Positions 61,283-64,000 of a DNA stretch of 64,000 bases are shown piece by piece (positions within the stretch are counted from its first letter, which is position 1; each line of letters starts with the position of its first letter). The translations under genes were made by a program, and so were the position numbers. The notes beneath the pieces were generated by a model that was given only the letters and a program-made list of their open reading frames with translations, did not search any database and was not told the DNA's origin. The stretch lies in assembly GCA_014728035.1 (NCBI GenBank), contig WJMJ01000059.1, positions 1-64,000 of the forward strand, written 5' to 3'. This DNA comes from Promethearchaeota archaeon (GTDB taxonomy: Archaea > Asgardarchaeota > Thorarchaeia > Thorarchaeales > Thorarchaeaceae).

Positions 61283-61455
61283 TCAGATCACCAATCAGAT
61301 TATAATTTTGACTGTATATTGCTTAAAGATGCCCCAATGACGGGGTTCATATCGTCGAGGCTGGAATTCATTATAACTCTTTGGTAACGTTCACAGTCAC
61401 ATAACCTTATTCAAAGATTCACTCAATCAAATTTGATTTCAGTAATATGAATCTT

Positions 61456-61731
61456 CTATACCAGCTCTACTTTTTTCAGTCTGATACCCTTCTTTTGGGT
61501 GACGTATCCACATTCTCTGCATTTGTATTTGAGTACAGTCTTCTTGGTAGTTTTAGCGAATCTCTTTTGAATCGGTTTTGGGAAAGATCCATAACCTCTA
61601 GTTAATCTTGCTTGTCGGCGAGCACCCTCAGTCCTTGTTCGATTCTTTCCTTTTTTGTAAATGCTCACACTTTGTGTGGTGTATGTGTTGCATTTAGGAC
61701 AATATTTTCGCATCTCTTTCTTTACCTTCAT
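61456..61731 (-). CDS. rpl44e: 50S ribosomal protein L44e (eL42)
   Basis: YCPKC, GYG..PKP, AKTTKK..L.Y.CREC. Confidence 0.95.
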   Translation of the reverse strand: MKVKKEMRKYCPKCNTYTTQSVSIYKKGKNRTRTEGARRQARLTRGYGSFPKPIQKRFAKTTKKTVLKYKCRECGYVTQKKGIRLKKVELV

Positions 61732-61798
61732 GAGAATCACCGATTTGCGCCTGCGAACCCTTCTTGAAATCCTTATAATCCTTAGGACGTGGTACGTT

Positions 61799-62005
61799 TC
61801 ATGCTTGAATTAGCGCATTGATGTGTGCAATTACAATAGCTACAACTAGCATTGCTGCAAACACGAGTACGACAGTCGGGCCAACCTTGATTCCTGGTGT
61901 TTCATCTTCAAAGAATCGAATTAGTCCTGCTCCACCCGTCATTCCGCCACCGTCGCTTTTTGACGATCGCTTCTTCTTTTTCTTTCCGCTTTTCTTTTTG
62001 ACCAT
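61799..62005 (-). CDS. Preprotein translocase Sec61beta
   Basis: Basic N-terminus, AGLIRFFEDETPGIKVGP, one TM helix ending in His. Confidence 0.92.
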   Translation of the reverse strand: MVKKKSGKKKKKRSSKSDGGGMTGGAGLIRFFEDETPGIKVGPTVVLVFAAMLVVAIVIAHINALIQA

Positions 62006-62532
62006 CTCATTTCACCTAAGAGGGTTCAATTAAATTTGATTCAGATTGGTTTTTAATCCTTTTGAATGAACGAGCTTTGGCGGTGTTTGTTTCTCCACTT
62101 ATGAGCTAGCTATCATACCAATGTGGTCATTTGTAAACATGTTGCGTATTGGTCCTAGCATTCCCAGTGAGATTTGTAGTATAAACTCAGATAGATATTT
62201 CCAGCTCACTCTATTAAACACCTATCGAATCAACAGATGTGAAGTGGATTTTTGTCATTTAATGAGTTCTAGTTTAGCATTTTTCTTCATTACACATCAA
62301 ACAGAGGAAATCGATACTATCGTCTGGTGTATAATATGAATAAGACAAATGACTTCCCCCCTCGTGGGTCTGATGGCCCCTGGTAAGAACAAGCCTGTGA
62401 ATACCCGCAAATACAACATTTGACATATACTTGAGTCTGGTTTTTTGGTTTTCAAGTTTGGTGTCTATTGATAATCCACAGTTGACAGAGTATCAAAATA
62501 CAGATTCTCTGCAACTGTGTGCCTCTACCATT

Positions 62533-62829
62533 TTATGGTTCGTTTTCACATTCACAAGGAGATTCTTCACAGCGTGAACAGGTATTTCGATATTTGTTCG
62601 CAAGTGCCTCTCCAATGTCAATATCAATTATGTTTGCTATCGAGCATAACCAAGCAAATACATCTGCAAGTTCATTTGCAATGTCTTTGTCTGGCAGTTC
62701 TTTCTGAATTGCTTCACTTAATTCTCCCAATTCTTGAAAAGTTCGCAATATTGTTCGGTCCAACCCTCTTTCTTTGTCTCTCTCAAGATATATCCGTTTC
62801 ATCATTTCTTGAGCATCTTTGGTGTCCAT
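62533..62829 (-). CDS. MazG-like nucleotide pyrophosphohydrolase
   Basis: ELGELSEAI...ELADVFAWLCSIAN; C-terminal CSRC...CEC. Confidence 0.88.
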   Translation of the reverse strand: MDTKDAQEMMKRIYLERDKERGLDRTILRTFQELGELSEAIQKELPDKDIANELADVFAWLCSIANIIDIDIGEALANKYRNTCSRCEESPCECENEP

Positions 62830-62869
62830 TTAGAAAAAGCCCCCTGGGGGACCTGCGTATCGCAGGCCC

Positions 62870-64000
62870 TTACATGAATCGGAGGTGTTTATATGCATCA
62901 GTTTCTGTGTCAAACGCGTAGTGGACTTTTTGAAAGTCTTTTCTAAAGTCTTCCACATCTGCAGCTACTTTCTTGACATCTTCGCCTTTCACAACGACAC
63001 GATGCATAAATTCTGCAATAGCATCCATCTCTGACTCTTTCATTCCGAGACGGGTCATCTCGCTAGTTCCAAGTCTGATGCCGCCTGGCTTAATATAATC
63101 ACGTCCCATCTTTTTATCCCAAGGCAGAAGATTTCTGTTTATGACAATATTTGCTTTTTCTAGTTCTTCCTCGACCTTGCGACCATTCTTCATTGGGGTC
63201 TCAGATACATCTACTAGTACTTGATGTGATTCAGTGAAGCCTTTGTGTTCAGCAATGACACCCCATCCTCTACCATGGAGTGCTTCAGCTAGTGCTTTTG
63301 CATTCTTCAGTATCTGGGTCATATATGCTTCACCGAATTCCTGTAGCTCAGCTAAGACCACTGCCAAACCTGCTACATTGTGAAGATGATGATTACTCAT
63401 AAGACCTGGAAATGCTGCTCGTTTTATTTCGTCTGCATATTCGTTCTTTGAGAGCACTATGCCATGTTGTGGCCCAGGCATTGTTTTATGGGTTGAAGCG
63501 GTCATGATATCTGCACCTTCTCTTAGTGGGTCTTGGAATTTTCCTGCAGCTATCAGTCCTGAAACATGAGCCGAGTCATATCCTATCTTCATGTCGTATT
63601 CCTGAGCTATATCTACGAACTCTTCAACTGGATGTGGGAATGGAAATACACTTCCGCCAAATAAGAGAAATTCTACATCTTTCCCCTCTTCATACAGGCT
63701 TCTGATCTGCTTCTTGCTAGCGTCCACATCAATATTGAACTCCTCCTCGTCAAAGTCCCAGGTTCTTACCTTGTGTCCTCGTACAGCCCCTGCAGTCCCA
63801 CCTATGCTTCTTCTTGCATGAGAGATGTGCCCACCATGTGCTATGGCCATTGCCATCATTCGGTCCAAGGGCTTCATGAACGTTGTGTACATCATAAGGT
63901 TAGCAACAACACCCGATATTGGACGTACATCTGCGAATTCTGCTCGGAAAAGTTTCTGAGCTAGATCAATACAGATTTTCTCCACCTCGTCGATGTAGAC
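62870..64000 (-). CDS. glyA: Serine hydroxymethyltransferase (5' end outside window)
   Basis: SGVVAN, HGGHISH, YDSAHVSGLIAAG, STHKTMPGP, GIRLGT. Confidence 0.96.
   Translation of the reverse strand, partial: VYIDEVEKICIDLAQKLFRAEFADVRPISGVVANLMMYTTFMKPLDRMMAMAIAHGGHISHARRSIGGTAGAVRGHKVRTWDFDEEEFNIDVDASKKQIRSLYEEGKDVEFLLFGGSVFPFPHPVEEFVDIAQEYDMKIGYDSAHVSGLIAAGKFQDPLREGADIMTASTHKTMPGPQHGIVLSKNEYADEIKRAAFPGLMSNHHLHNVAGLAVVLAELQEFGEAYMTQILKNAKALAEALHGRGWGVIAEHKGFTESHQVLVDVSETPMKNGRKVEEELEKANIVINRNLLPWDKKMGRDYIKPGGIRLGTSEMTRLGMKESEMDAIAEFMHRVVVKGEDVKKVAADVEDFRKDFQKVHYAFDTETDAYKHLRFM

Noticed and set aside
61330-62380. SECIS-like AUGA...GA hairpins
   Set aside because: Stems are too short and no gene with an in-frame UGA was recognised nearby.

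Overview
Core-genome segment of an archaeon, very probably an Asgard archaeon (Thorarchaeia-like). That assignment is inferred from the Arf/Rab-like GTPase, OSTC/Wbp1-like proteins, Elf1, a eukaryote-like RPA, and PolD. It carries the rpo1N-rpo1C-rpl30e-nusA-rps12-rps7...tuf cluster, SRP RNA, tRNA-Ser(GCT), tRNA-Pro(CGG), aIF5B, the rpl7ae/rps28e/rpl24e and rpo3-rpl18e-rpl13-rps9-rpo10-rps2 operons, and an archaeal modified mevalonate operon. It also carries lipid genes (egsA, carS), replication/repair genes (RPA, intein-containing DP2, RadB, XPD, Lhr, TopA), folate/glycine-cleavage genes, aglB, aIF2alpha, Sec61beta and glyA. The main finding is that the essential RNA polymerase gene rpo1N is interrupted by a 31-nt insert (322-352) that adds a stop codon and a frameshift. 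The insert folds into a bulge-helix-bulge/loop whose predicted endonuclease cuts restore the conserved LIVE|DLWELLQYH sequence exactly, i.e. a candidate tRNA-type intron in an mRNA. Other highlights missed by the ORF track: a three-micropeptide unit with its own TATA box and palindromic operator (7033-7334), a 39-aa OST4-like membrane peptide, a 13-aa proline-rich peptide facing a prolyl oligopeptidase, an L30e-like uORF, a K-turn-like operon leader, and a DP2 intein ending in Tyr-Asp. All calls are by eye; no database searches were run.
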